NCBI GenBank assembly: GCA_964247055.1
Contig: OZ176051.1
Location: 10,168,001-10,232,000 of the forward strand
Origin: Paragordius varius
Lineage: Eukaryota > Animalia > Nematomorpha
Direction of reading: 5' to 3'
Length of the DNA: 64,000 nt
Below the pieces are notes generated by a model that saw only the letters and a list, made by a program, of their open reading frames with translations, did no database searches and had not been told where the DNA came from. The position numbers were made by a program, and so were the translations under genes. Shown in pieces: positions 51,601 to 64,000 of the stretch; position 1 is the stretch's first letter, and each line of letters begins with the position of its first letter.

Positions 51601-54600
51601 AGTGCATTAGATGGAGTTTAGTCCTACATTTTTTAGGCATGCGCGGCATGGGTATTTGATTTGATCGGTCTTTTTGTCGCCTGTTATTATAACCTTAGTT
51701 TTTTGAATGTTGATTGTGAGACCATGTCGCTCAAGGCAGGTTTTCCAGAGTTTAAACTTTTGACTGAGTTCGTTTAGATTTTCTGACGTTAACAATAAAT
51801 CATCAGCGTAGATGAGCTCCCAAGGAAGACCAGTACGGATCTCATCACTGATGGTGTCTATTATTATGGTGAATAGAAGGGGGCTAAGAACAGAACCTTG
51901 GTGTAGTCCTGTTGTGATGTGGAATGGAATTGTGTACCCGAAATGTGTGTTAACACAGGTTTTACTGTTATCATATAATAACTTTATTGCATCTATGATC
52001 CATTTGTCTACTCCTTTTTTTGAAGACACCAGAAAATAAGCGTACGAGGGATTTTATCGAACGCTTTCTCCATGTCAATAAATAGATGGTATAATTAGCT
52101 ACCTTTAGAAAAATAGTTTTCTTGAAGGCGTCTTAATATAAATATGGGGTCTGTTGTGCTGCAGCCTTGACGGAAGGTAAACTGCATGTTGTCAATATTA
52201 ACTATGTCCCTTATTTTCTGAGCTAAGATTGATTCAAAAACTTTCATAGTATGTTCTAGTAGTTTAATTGGACGATATGACGCGCAATTAAGTTTATTTC
52301 CTTTGTTTTTATAGATTGGAATGGTTATACTATTTTGCCAATCGGATGGGATCTTATTCTCGATTATTATTTTGTTGAAAAGGGTTGTTAAAATGGGACC
52401 CTTAAATTTATACTTTTCAATAAGTCAGCTGAGAGTTCAGACGGTCCTGCCGCTTTATTGTTTTTCATTTTTTTAATGCGTTTTCTATGTCGATTTCATT
52501 GATGAGTGGTGTGGGGCCAATGTTAAAAGGCAATGTTGGCAGTTCGTCGACGTGATTTGATTCATTTAAAACTCCCTTCATATATTCAAGCCAAGTTAGT
52601 TTCACGTCTTCAGGTTTGGTCATAGTTGTACCGTCTTTATCATTAATATATTTATTGGTTGGTATATCTTGCTTATTTTGTATTCTATTTTTTACTTTTC
52701 TAAATATTCTCGAATTGGATGTATCTCTTTCAATTTCATCAGCTATTTCTCTGCTCCTCTTGTTCTTTTGGACATCAATCAACTTATCGACATATTTTTT
52801 ATGATTTAAATAAGCTAACTTATCTTTATCGAGGCCTGATTTTTTCCATTTTTTAAACAATTCAAATTTTTTCGATGTGTGACTTTTAATTTCATTTGAC
52901 CACCACCATTTCTTTTGTGGCCTACCTCCATACTTTTTTCTGCCGCAAACTTTAAGTGCAGTCTTTACTGCCCCGTTTTTCAAGGTGGTCCATATATTCT
53001 CAACACTCATATTTTCATCTATAGCTATATTGGCTGTCTAATTTTGAAAGAGGTTCACTGGTTTGGAGAGGGCATTACTATTTATTTTAGCTTTTAAGAC
53101 TATATTTTTATTGTTATTACTATTTATCTGTAGTTCTGCTACTAAAAAAGAATGTTGTGTTTCACATGCATAAGTCCTTATGTTCTTTATATAATAGCGG
53201 TGTTTTTGATTGATTAGGACGTAATCAATCATTGATTCATTATCATTGCTACGATAGGTGATTAAAGCCTTATTTTGTAAAGAAAGTGTTAGATACAACT
53301 AAATTTAAGGAATTGCAGAAATCAAGTATTGTTTCTCCTTCATCATCTCTTAAGCCAAAACCATAAATACCATGAACATTTTCATAATCATCGTTTTTTG
53401 CTCCAACATGTCCATTCAAAACGCCACCAATTAGCACAATATCATTTGGTGGTATCTCATTGCATATATTGAATAACTGTTCTCAAAAAGCAGTTTTGTC
53501 AGATTGGTTCTCCCTTTCTGTGGAGCGTATGCTGATATTACAGTAAATATCTGTTTACTGATGACTACCCTAAGTTGTATTAATCTGTTTGAATGTCTGG
53601 TTATAGATACTATATTTTTTGCAAGTTCTACTTTCAAAGCAATAGCAACCCCTCCTTGGCTTGTTTTATCGCCTTGATGAAATAATATATAATTCTCAAT
53701 GACTTCGTTTCGTCCATCTTTGTATCGTGTCTCTTGAAGGCAACAAATGTCTATGTTTTTGTTTGTGAGCTTGGAGATGATAGATGGGGTTTTCCCTTTG
53801 AGAGATCCTATATTGTAAGTGGCAAACTTAAATTTTAACTGTTTCGTATTATTATTTTTAATATGTGAGGGAAATCGTATTAGTGGTGGTTTGTTTGGAG
53901 ATGTATATTGTTCAGAATTCAGTTGGATTTTATTATTGCGTTGATTTCGTTCAGTCATATTACCATTAAAATTATAGTTATTAAATACAATATAATAGAT
54001 AAATTATGTATATAAATAAATATATTTTTTTTGGGTGTTGGTGCAAGTAAGAAAATGAAATAAAATAGAGGTGTTTAAAAGTTTTTGCAGTAAAATAGTT
54101 GAAAATTTGGTTGCATTGATCATATTATTATTTAGCAAATGTTTTATGATTGCATGCCTTTGCAATATCAACCTCTAGCTCCGAGGAGGAGATAAACATT
54201 ATTGGCGTTTACAACCTAGGGAATCGCCTTACCAGGCTAATGGAGTTCCCTCTCCACATTCTAATTTAAAATAATTCTGGAGTTGGGGTCTTGCATTATT
54301 ATATATTGTCATGTTTTTGGCAACTGGTTAAAGCGCCAGAGAGCCCGCTTGGAATTTCGTGTGAATACAGGTATTGTGGCATTTTATAAGTCTTGACTTG
54401 CCAGGCAGGAGCCAAAACCACCACACCCCACACATTCATGACGCCTCTTCCGTTTGTCAATGTCCAGGGTGCACGACGGGGACGTGGAAGAAGGACTTAG
54501 CACCCCAAATCCGAAATCGGAATAAAAATTATGCACCATATAGAGTATGCACATTTATGTGGCTATCCTCACCATTTTTGGTCAATGGCAACACAGTAGT

Positions 54601-55505
54601 ATATGGGTAAAAACAATTGTCGAAAAACATTTTTTTTCATCTAACAACTTTAAAATTTGTTTATTAAATTATGGATAAAATTTAAGATATACAGGTCAAT
54701 AATGTGAATAGGCCAGCATTAATGTGCATATTGTTTATAACCGCAATATGTGTTTTATAATGAATTTTTTCTTAAATCTTTTTTTGATAGCAATAGCAGC
54801 ATTTAGATTTGATTTAATTTTATTTAAATAATCTGCATCTTTGAACATTAGTTTAAAAAATCATATATATAATCACATAATCTAAAATCAATTTAATGTT
54901 AAAAAAGTAAAATTTATCCCTATTTTTTATATTGTTTTTTATTAATAAAACTAATCGCATTTACGGAAGCCTTATATGATTAAATTTCATCTATTTATAT
55001 GAAAATACTTTTTCGTTTTTCGATCGATTGACCTTTGTCTAATAATAGTCTTGTTAGTAGTCAGACCGATTAATGTATTTTAACGGTCAGTATCACTATA
55101 TTTAATTAATATTAATGGAAATATGTCCAATTAAAACATACCATGAATTAAATTATATTATCCAAAACACGTGTTGTACAACTGAATCATTCTTTATAAC
55201 ATATTTTACCTTAGAAACTACCTCAAATCCTATTGGAAAAATTAAATGTACGCCAACAAAAAGTTCGTAATATACCACTGCATTTACATGCCTATTCTAT
55301 TCAATTACCACCATTCTTATTTCATGATGATAATAATAATATGAATATGAAAACATGTGATGATAGCATGAAAAACAATACATCTTTTGATACAAGAAAA
55401 GTTTGTCAAGAAAATACCATATTTATCAAAGCTGGTTTACCAAAACAATTTAAACAAAATTTAATGACACTCGGTTTCAGGAATATCAACAAAATTATCA
55501 TTTAA
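48663..55505 (+). CDS. RPUSD4: RluA-family pseudouridine synthase, mitochondrial RPUSD4-like (~414 aa, 7 exons)
   Basis: Exons 48663-49095, 49124-49250, 49604-49704, 50028-50077, 50194-50338, 50689-50786, 55215-55505, phase-consistent. Motifs INKPYG, VHRLDKDATGVLLLAK (catalytic Asp), [49 protein letters not shown] match recalled RPUSD4. The basic N-terminus MHARIFKYFARKSS resembles a mitochondrial presequence. The start codon is inferred. Confidence 0.9.
50880..53958 (-). pseudogene. RTE ORF (APE endonuclease + reverse transcriptase), broken by frameshifts and stops
   Basis: EN motifs ATYNIGSL, CCLQETR, ISAYAPQ, MIDYVL, QHSFL; RT motifs NYRPIKLL, IDMEKAFD, GLHQGSVLSPLLF, IYADD, FTYLGDTI. These are split across several ORFs (53958-53431, 53298-53038, 53010-52465, 52029-51607). 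The 3' boundary is approximate. Confidence 0.9.
54444..54506 (-). ncRNA. HDV-like (delta-like) self-cleaving ribozyme, minimal form without a P4 helix, at the RTE 5' end
   Basis: RNA: GGGGUGC UAAGUC CUUCUUCC ACG UCCCCGU CGU GCACCCU GG ACAUUGA CAAAC GGAAGAGG. P1 is 7 bp with a G1.U wobble, P2 8 bp, P3 ACG/CGU, L3 UCCNCGY, P1.1 CC/GG. J4/2 begins with the candidate catalytic C (54456). Activity not tested. Confidence 0.85.
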
Positions 55506-56759
55506 ATTATTGCTAACATTTTGAATTTTATATATATTTAAAATTAATTCAAATAAAATTATATTGAATGTCCATATTAAATATTTATAATAGCCTTAAA
55601 TATAAATATTTTTATAGTTTAATTAGGTAATTATGATTGGGAATTTATTCGTAAAAATTCTATTGAATTATAATATAAGGTAAAATTCTTTCATTATTAT
55701 AAGATTTAGAGTCCATTTTTGGATGCAGTGCATCAAAATATCATGTATCGTTTAGTTTATTTTTAAGGGGAAAAAGTGTTTTTTCTTTTCATATAAAACT
55801 TTTTGCATAATTACGATCCAAATGGAAATAACAAATCATATTGTTTTAGCAAAAAAATATATTTTATAAATATTAATACCGTGAACAAAATATACACCAA
55901 TTCGATTTCGATTAATTAAAAGTCATATCTTGAATATAATGATTACACAAAAATCTAAAAAACCAAATCCGATTCTGTTAGGTATACTGCAATGGTATTC
56001 AAACCGCGTTTGGTTGTTAAAATTTAGGATAAATTAAAATTCGGCGTTGTTATTTTGATCAAAAATATCGATTTTACAGAAGTCCAAAAATTTAACACTT
56101 TGTGGGACTTCATCATTATAATTGATCCATGTAATCATATATTTTAACACTTCATTACATTTTCATTTTTTGTACGCGATGATATTTGGTTTTATCCCTG
56201 AATGTAGCATTACCTACTGTTTTGGTTGTTTAGGTTTAATTTTATCATACCCCTCTTCTTATGTATAAGAAAAATGTAGTATCAGTTTTGTAATTTACAG
56301 CTCATTGAAATGAAAATTGAAAAGTAGCAGAATTTTGTAAAACACTTTCTATTTAATGCGATGATGCTGAACTATCACACAGAATTATTCAAGAAATATA
56401 TATTATGTTTTTTACGAAAATTCACCAATATTAAACTCAAATGAACCTTCAAATCGAACTGGGCTGATAATATTTAGCATGATTAATTTATATAAAAGTT
56501 TTTATACCGTTTCCATTACCTCAAAATAGTATGAAGTACGCTTCAACAAATTGCTAATTAATATTGTGAAAAATATCGATCTATTTAAATTTCACATAAA
56601 TTTAAATTTTTCATCGCGCAACTCGATATTTTTGCTTATATATTAAGACAACTAGCCCATAGAAGAGCGAAAAAAATCAGAACTTTCAGACCCTATATCA
56701 AAAAAATTTTTGATAATCTTGTTTTGTCATTATTTGTAATTGGTATATTTTATCGATAT

Positions 56760-57306
56760 TTAACACTTCGATTTAAATTGGGGTATCTAAATATCCCAGA
56801 CTAAATTTGAGTTAAGATTTTTTAAACTACTGAAGGAAACGGTCCCAATTTATATTTATGCCTCTATCCTAATAAAAATTATATAAATATCTAAATAAAA
56901 TTTTGTTTTCAAAAAAAAGTTCCATGTCAAACTACTTCGACGCCATTTTTATTTTACAAAATTTGTGCAAAATATCGTGGTTATTATATTTTAGAGGGTA
57001 AAATTAAAGCTAATTTGTTATTTAAATTGCATCTAACATTGATAGAATTAGAGAAAGCGGTTAATTTTGTATTATTTTTCTAATTTACCATTGCACACAT
57101 GTCACGCTGACTAAATTTTTAACTTTCAAGTAATATCAAGTATTTTTGATTAAAATGTTTTATATATTTTTGTTTATTAATGTTATATGAGTGGGAAATT
57201 TTGCCATGGTTTCGATTCCTTCCATATTTTATAAATTTAAACAGGGGGTATTTAACTACCCCAATTATCGAAGGACTAAAATGAATGTGATGTATCCAAG
57301 TGTTAA
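56760..57306 (+). mobile_element. TTAA-flanked piggyBac-like MITE, copy 3
   Basis: TTAA-CACTTCGATTTAAATTGG ... GTATCCAAGTG-TTAA with both TTAA intact. Confidence 0.85.
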
Positions 57307-57713
57307 TATAGAGCATTTAGTTATAAACAAAAAAAATGGTTTGAAATGTCCGCAAATTCCCCATTTTTTTATGAGGCAGTTGCTACAAAAGGGATAATAC
57401 AACCGTCGAAATAGCCATGAAAGCACCATGATAGTCCGTATATATATTATCAATATATTTAAAAATCCGATTTTAGAAGCAGTGCTAATATTGGACAAGG
57501 TTTAATAATAATATAATCTTACAAAGCCTAGATTACTTTGTTTGGGCCTCAAAATTCTCCAAATATGTAATTTTATACAAAATAATTGAATAAAATGATA
57601 AAACTAATACTGCAGTAAATAAATTTAATATTGTTTATGATTATATTTAATTAATTTTAACCTTTGAATTTTTGCAACATAACGTTTATATATTTAAAAT
57701 GTTTTTTTAACAC

Positions 57714-58122
57714 TTAACACTTGGATACAAGACACTCATTTTAGTCCTTCGATTCAAATTGGCGTAGTTGGATTAAGCTAAAATTAAAAGGTAAAAATTT
57801 AGTCAACGTGACATGTGTGCAAAGGTAAAATTGAAAAATAATTCATCAATGTTAAATATAATTTAAATAAAATATTAAGTTTAGATTTCCCCTTAAAATT
57901 AACTGAAGACGATATTTTGCAAAATTTTTTGGAATAAAAATGGCGTCGAAGTAGTTTGACAGGCAACTTTTTTTCATAACAATATTTTAGTAAGATATTT
58001 TAGCTTATTTATATAATTTTTAGTAGAATAGAAGCATAAATTTAAATTAAAACTGTTTTCTTCTGTAGAACTTAAATTTAGTCTGGGGTATTTAGATACC
58101 CTAAATTGAATCGAAGTGTTAA
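57714..58122 (-). mobile_element. TTAA-flanked piggyBac-like MITE, copy 4 (inverted, internally deleted)
   Basis: TTAA-CACTTGGATAC ... TGGCGTCGAAGTAGTTTGAC ... TCGAAGTG-TTAA, the reverse complement of copy 3. Confidence 0.85.
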
Positions 58123-58391
58123 TTGAACTTTATTGATACATATTTTTAATTTTTAAAAATAACAAAACTAACAAAGCTTTATGGATCGATGATGATAAAT
58201 ATATTTTAAAAAATTTTAATTTTGAACTAATGGAGGCAAACTAATTCTTTTAACCAAAGAATAACCTAGTATCTCATAACATTATATTCTCTTTGAATGC
58301 GTAATTTTTTTTTATTTTCACGTCTGATACTATTTTGCGTGCACGACCCCTGATATGATCCAGGTGTTTGGCTTCGGTTAGTTTTTCGTTC

Positions 58392-61300
58392 ATGGATTTA
58401 TCCCAAAATCTGCCAAATAATGTTAAAAATCAACATTATAAGCGTTCAACACGCTCTTATGTATCTCTTAATCGACGGCTGACTGAAAAATTTGATAATT
58501 TACTAATTCATCAAAAATCAAATTCTACGCCAAATGAATCCTTAAATTCTAATGCATCATCGCTCAAAGGTAGACCTTTCCATGTACCAGATTGTTATGT
58601 AGACTTGCCATTAGGTAAAAAATACCTCGCTATAAATATCCTCACAACCCATCAGCCCATAATTTTGGTTGTAGATGTAAGCACTCTCAATTTTTATTGT
58701 CTCACAGAAATATAGACACCTGATTTTATATGTTAAAAATTTTAACAATAATTTTTAAAGACTCTAATTTTTACTAAAATTTTGATAAAACATATTTTGT
58801 TAATTTTTTAGGAGAAACACACAGATTGTCAAATGGTGCTACTTCACACTTGTTCCCTAATAGGACTTGATCAAACCGAATATTTTGGACTGGCTCAATT
58901 AGTTTATTTTGAATCTGGTAATTTTCTCCAAAGTTATTAAAATTTTATCAAAATATTTTGTAAAATTTAATTTTAGGCATAGAATACAAGTTTTTGGAGG
59001 CACATGATCGAGTCATTTACCAAACAGCGAATAGCACATCAAATTGGCTATCAACCGCTACACGTTCTTTTAGAGTATATTTTAAATTTTTAATGTCTAT
59101 TTCTTAGTATTTTATTTTTAAATTGAAATGTCAAACTTAATGTAGAATATTTATAAAAAATCAGTATAGTTTTTATATTAACGATTTAATGAATTAATAT
59201 TTATCGCTATAAAAACAAATTCAAAATTTAAAGGTATGACGACAGTTCAATTAATATTTACTGCATCGTTTTTATATAATTTAGCATGCAAAATTTATTA
59301 AAAATATTTCTCTTGCTTTTTCGTTTTGATTAAATGAAATAATATGAAATTTTTTGTAATTTTAATGTTGATCGTAAAGTTTTTATTAAAATGGTTATCA
59401 CATTTGAGGAATATTAGGTTCTATTATCTGATAACTTTAATTTTGAAAATTTAAAATAAAATAATGTTGACTGGATCAACACTTGGAAGTTTTATCCATC
59501 ACTCCTTACTTAATGTGGCATTAAATAATTTTCAATTAATACAATTTCTTTAAAACTTTGTATACTTGGAAGAATGTCAACAAGAATGCGGGTATGAGTT
59601 GTAATGAATCAATTCACCCAGGTATCCGACAACCATCTTCTCAATTATATCTCCGGGTTAAATATTATGTGGATTTGCCTTCCGCACCGCTTATTAAGTG
59701 AGCTCTTTTATTAAAATGATTTTTAATGTTCTTTTGGAATTGCCATACAATAATTTATTTGTCATATGATGTTATATATTAACCCTTTGTAATAATTATC
59801 ACAAATAAATTATAAAAATTTAAAATAGTTTATTATTTGAAATTGATTTTCGTAGGCGGCCTGATATAAATAGTAAGCATGTTATTTTTCGTTTAATCCA
59901 CCAATTTTAAATGGGCTAGATAACCAATTGTAACTTAGATCAGATCTTACATATTTATAATTTTTAGAATGCTGAGTTTGGTCATCCCTTTACGATACAA
60001 TTATAAATTATTATGTTTTTCGCTATTTTTTTTATATGCAATTTATATTCTTTTAAATGGCCCAAAGATTCCTAATTAAAAAGTCACATTTTTTATAGTT
60101 GTAAGTATTAATTTCTTCTGAGGTAACACATATTTCTGTAGATATCACCAAATAATAACTTTGTTTCATTTTGTGTTACAAAATATATTTAGCGATCACG
60201 TGGCTTTGACCCATTATTACATGCAAATGAAAGAAAATTACCTTAAAAGCTGTCAGGTATGGGATGAATCGAAATGTTTTATTTTGGCGGCTTATGCATA
60301 CCTTAGTGAACATGATAGCCTTTCCCAAAAAATCGATATTGCTCATTTCAATGACGACCAGTTCAATGATAGTGCACCAAATGGTTTATTGACGAATAAA
60401 AATGACACTGATATAAAATTTAATGATTTAGGACATCCGATTGCTCGTTTTGATTGCAATAATTACCTCCCTAAATGGGTATACATTTCTGACACAACTT
60501 TTTTACATATCAATCATACATATAGTCTATTAATTTGTCCATTTTTGAAAGAAAACAAAACAACATAATGCTGTTTTTTACTTTTATTTACATACTTTAT
60601 GTAGCCTAATTTTCTATAAAACATATTTACTGTTATTTGATTTAAACAATTTTACACTATCCATCATTTCCCTAATTGTTGGCCAATTAGTAATACAGTT
60701 GCGTGGGAGATAAAACTTTGTCTATAATCTAATTAAATTTAGGATTGTATGATTGGAAAAAAATGTAATTTATACCATTTGTTGTTTATACCCATATGTG
60801 TATTACCAATTGGCCAAAAAAAATTGAATTGACCAACATTAATGTGCATATGCATACTGTATCTAGATTATACGGTCACGCGGTGAAGAATTTTGTCATC
60901 ATACCATACCTTTGATATGTCGGGATATAGTAAGTCACAATACCTCACAACCTGGATCACTAAACTCTTCTGTTAGTTCAAAACGTCACCATGTAAATTC
61001 TTTTGTGAAAGACGGCCCTCAAAATCTAAAGGGCAATGCAATAGTAACCTCATCACCTATTATACAGCGGCCAAAAACAATAAACAACATTAAAGTTACT
61101 GACAGTATGCTCATGTTTTGTGCCTTGACTTCGGGTTTTCAGGATCCATTTTGTGATGAAAGGGGTCCTCTCAATAATACCGCTTTTCTCCATCATTGTT
61201 CGGTGCTAGCATTCTCAGATACTGCATCGTACGCAAATGTTAATAATGGGCTAAACGGAACAATTCTGGGAGAAACTTTGAATAAATCATTCAAAAATAC

Positions 61301-62974
61301 GGCAAAACTTTATGGCAATAATATCGATAATTCTTCATCACGCACTACTTCTCTCATGGATTCATGTTGGAAACGGGATTGCCATAATATGCACATTTAT
61401 AAACTGCATAAAAAGCCGACCCACAAGTATAATAAAAAAGACTTTTTTGAGTTTTCGCGTTTTATTATAAGCGTTTTCGATATTTTTTTTAAATTTTTAA
61501 ATAAGTTGATACAGTAACATATGGGTGTATTATGGTTTGTCCTTTGTATATGCTCTAAAATTTTTTCGTATTTGGTTTTTATTTTGATGTTACCTGCTGC
61601 AGAAATAGAAATGATGTTTTGCAAAAAATAAAACTTGTACACTGTATATACATTATAAAAGAGTTGAACATGTTTACATACCCATCTCTTAAGACCAAAA
61701 ATCTCTATTTTTATGTATTTATTAGTTATGGCAGATTGTATGACAGGAGTCAATCGCAACAACCAAACAAAGGTAACCACCTTCCTCGTAAATCGCTCTC
61801 CACGTCAAATCTTAAGCGACATATTTCGCGACTCCATAATCAAATGGTTTGTGGCAATGGTAATGATAATAACTCTTCAAACCTAAAAACAAATGCTGCA
61901 ATAATTGAAAATGCTTCCCCCCATCACTTCAAAGAATCTCATTCGTTTGCTAATTTACCTGCGGTAAAGAATGGCTTGCCAAATGGTGAAATGTCGAATA
62001 CATTATCACACATAACTAATACAGCATCCAAAAGTAGTCAATACGCTGATCATGATGTTTTATGGTTAGGTATCTCAAATCGTGGCATACACTTTTACGA
62101 GGTAAAGAGTTTAAATTATTTTGGAAAAATTTTTTTTCTAATATAAAATAGATTATTTAATCATATTATTCATTTTTTAACGCAAATTATGTTATGATGA
62201 ATTTTTTTTGTTATAGGATAATGGTCAACTTCCGCGTCTGCCTTTATCCATATTCAAATGGGAGGACATTGAAAAATTGTCTTTTGAAGTAAGAGACTTT
62301 ATATTATTATTATTATATTGAAAAAACGCTGCTAAAATGGTAAATTTCAAAATAATTGGATATATTGGGTTTTAGAAGGTTAGAATTATTATTCAGATCT
62401 ATAATATAATATACCATTTAAACTTCGAATTCACCCTTGAGCAATTTATATTCACCCTAAAATAATTGTGTTTGATTAAAAAGTGTCTGTCTTTTTTTAT
62501 ATTTTACAAACAAAAATTTTGTTTAAAATTAAAATAATACTGAAAAAAGCCATAAAGATATATTACATATTAATAATGAGTTATATAAACCCGAAAACAC
62601 GTAATTTATTTTATTTTTCTCCTTTTTTTTCATAGAAAGATAAATTTGAAATAAAACGTGTGAATGATTACAATAAATTCAGTTATTATGCTGGGACGGC
62701 TGAGCGTGCATCTTATCTCCTTAACCTTTGTAAATCAACTCACATGTTTCAACTTAAACATAGAAATATATCTCTACAACAAACTCCATTGCTGCAAAAT
62801 TTATATTATTCAAATAATAATAATTTAACTGAGAAAAAATATGAAAACAAAATTATAAATAAAAATGTTAATAATAGTAGTCATCAAAAAAATCATGTAA
62901 TTAATAACAAAAATGATAATATCTTTAAACAAAATGAACAAGTAAAGGCCACTACATCAACCAATCAACCTTGA
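58392..62974 (+). CDS. FRMD6: FERM-domain protein of the Expanded/FRMD6 (Willin) family
   Basis: Exons 58392-58676, 58812-58917, 58977-59074, 59573-59697, 60193-60478, 60867-61426, 61726-62101 (alternative acceptor 61735), 62217-62288, 62636-62974, phase-consistent. Motifs EYFGLA, LYLRVKYYVD, THYYMQMKENYL...CFILAAYA, LPKWIIRSRGEEFCHHTIP, LWLGISNRGIHFYE, FKWEDIEKLSFE, KFEI, YYAGTAERASYLLNLCKSTH align with recalled FRMD6/Expanded. The start is inferred. The gene may continue through a donor at 62942 instead of stopping at 62974. Confidence 0.82.
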
Positions 62975-64000
62975 CGATAAAAACATTATGTAATTCATAT
63001 ATATATCCATTTTTGAATATATTTTTAGCTTACAAAAAAATCGTTCGATTTTTTAATTAATCCAAATAAGATTTGAATCTGAAATATTGATATTTCATAA
63101 TTTAGATTAGATTATCAACTTCTAAAGATGGGATGTTAGAAAAAATCCATGCTTTCAAAATGTTGATAAAAGTTAATGATTATTTCCAATCCCACACACC
63201 TAAAATTTTTCTTCAAAAACATGCTTTTTGTTTATAAATTAAAAATTTATGATGCAAAGCGATTGAATCAATATGAGATGAAGAATGCGTTACGTTAATA
63301 TGTTGGTTTTACACAGAATTTAATATTTAATTATATGTATTAACTTTGTACTATTTATTTCACCACCAATATATATTAGAAAATTGTTTTTTAATTTTTT
63401 GCTCAATCTTGAAAAACTAAAATTTATTTATTTTATTGCGCATTTTGAAACACAATTTTTATATTTTTATGTAAAAATATTGTATAATCTCACAAAACAC
63501 CAATTTTTAAGCATCGCCCTATTACACATTCCATTTTGAGATTTTTAACGACCATATTTATTCTTAAATTAAATTAAACTGTATATGTTATGTTTTATCG
63601 ACATATATTTTGTATAAATTCCAAAATATAATAAATTAAATATATATATATATATACTGCCAAATTTAGAGCATAAAGTGTGGTGGAAGAACTCGCTCGC
63701 AAGCTTGCAAAAATAGGGATCATGATCCATATTAGAAAAATAAAAAATAAAAAAAATGGATAAACTTTGCACCATAGTTAGTATTGAACTACATAAATCA
63801 TTTAAATTTTTTGCTTATAAAATGAATAAACTAAATTAAATAAGATATTTATATTAAAATTAAAAAAATTTTAAAATCAAATTTTTAAAATAATTAAAGC
63901 ATCAATTTTGTCTTAAACGTTTAGTTTATTTTAAACACGATCACATGTAATTAACCCCTTGATGGAAAAATATATATATTTTTTTAATTTTGTAATAATT

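Larger units (their letters stand above)
50855..54506 (-). mobile_element. Full-length RTE-clade non-LTR retrotransposon (3652 bp), antisense in RPUSD4 intron 6
   Basis: 11-bp TSD AAATCCGAAAT at 50844-50854 and 54507-54517. 3' tail ATCC-ATCT-ATCC-ATCC on the - strand, GC-rich 5' UTR, and a single EN-RT ORF with no ORF1. Confidence 0.93.

Noticed and set aside
51812-53097. Plus-strand ORFs at 51812, 52616 and 52915
   Set aside because: They are antisense shadows of the RTE ORF.
54170-54195. Second HDV-like core in the RTE 5' UTR (CUC-CUCCUCG-GAG on - strand)
   Set aside because: It resembles an L3/P3 motif, but I found no matching P1, no GG for P1.1 and no P2/J4/2.

Overview
Very AT-rich, intron-rich animal genomic DNA (GC looks like roughly a quarter by eye, not computed). 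I assembled four spliced genes by hand from GT-AG boundaries and codon phase. (1) A Mind bomb 1 (MIB1) E3 ligase, + strand, 1489-28179, with its 5' end upstream of the window. It keeps only the last of the three RING fingers and has a 13.5-kb TE-filled intron. (2) An unrecognised 10-exon gene, - strand, 44222-37264, about 432 aa, with a signal-peptide-like start. (3) An RluA-family mitochondrial pseudouridine synthase (RPUSD4-like), + strand, 48663-55505. (4) An Expanded/FRMD6-like FERM gene, + strand, from 58392. The most notable element is a full-length, frameshifted RTE-clade LINE (50855-54506, - strand, 11-bp TSD) in RPUSD4 intron 6. Its first 63 nt fold into a complete HDV-like self-cleaving ribozyme with no real P4 helix, and the predicted cleavage-site G1 abuts the TSD exactly. 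Other content: 28- and 30-nt introns, a Buster/SPIN hAT remnant with a perfect 8-bp TSD, a mariner remnant, RTE fragments, TTAA piggyBac-like MITEs, foldback MITEs and a transposon-like element carrying a ~160-bp tandem array. No tools were run; identifications rest on manual translation and recalled family motifs.
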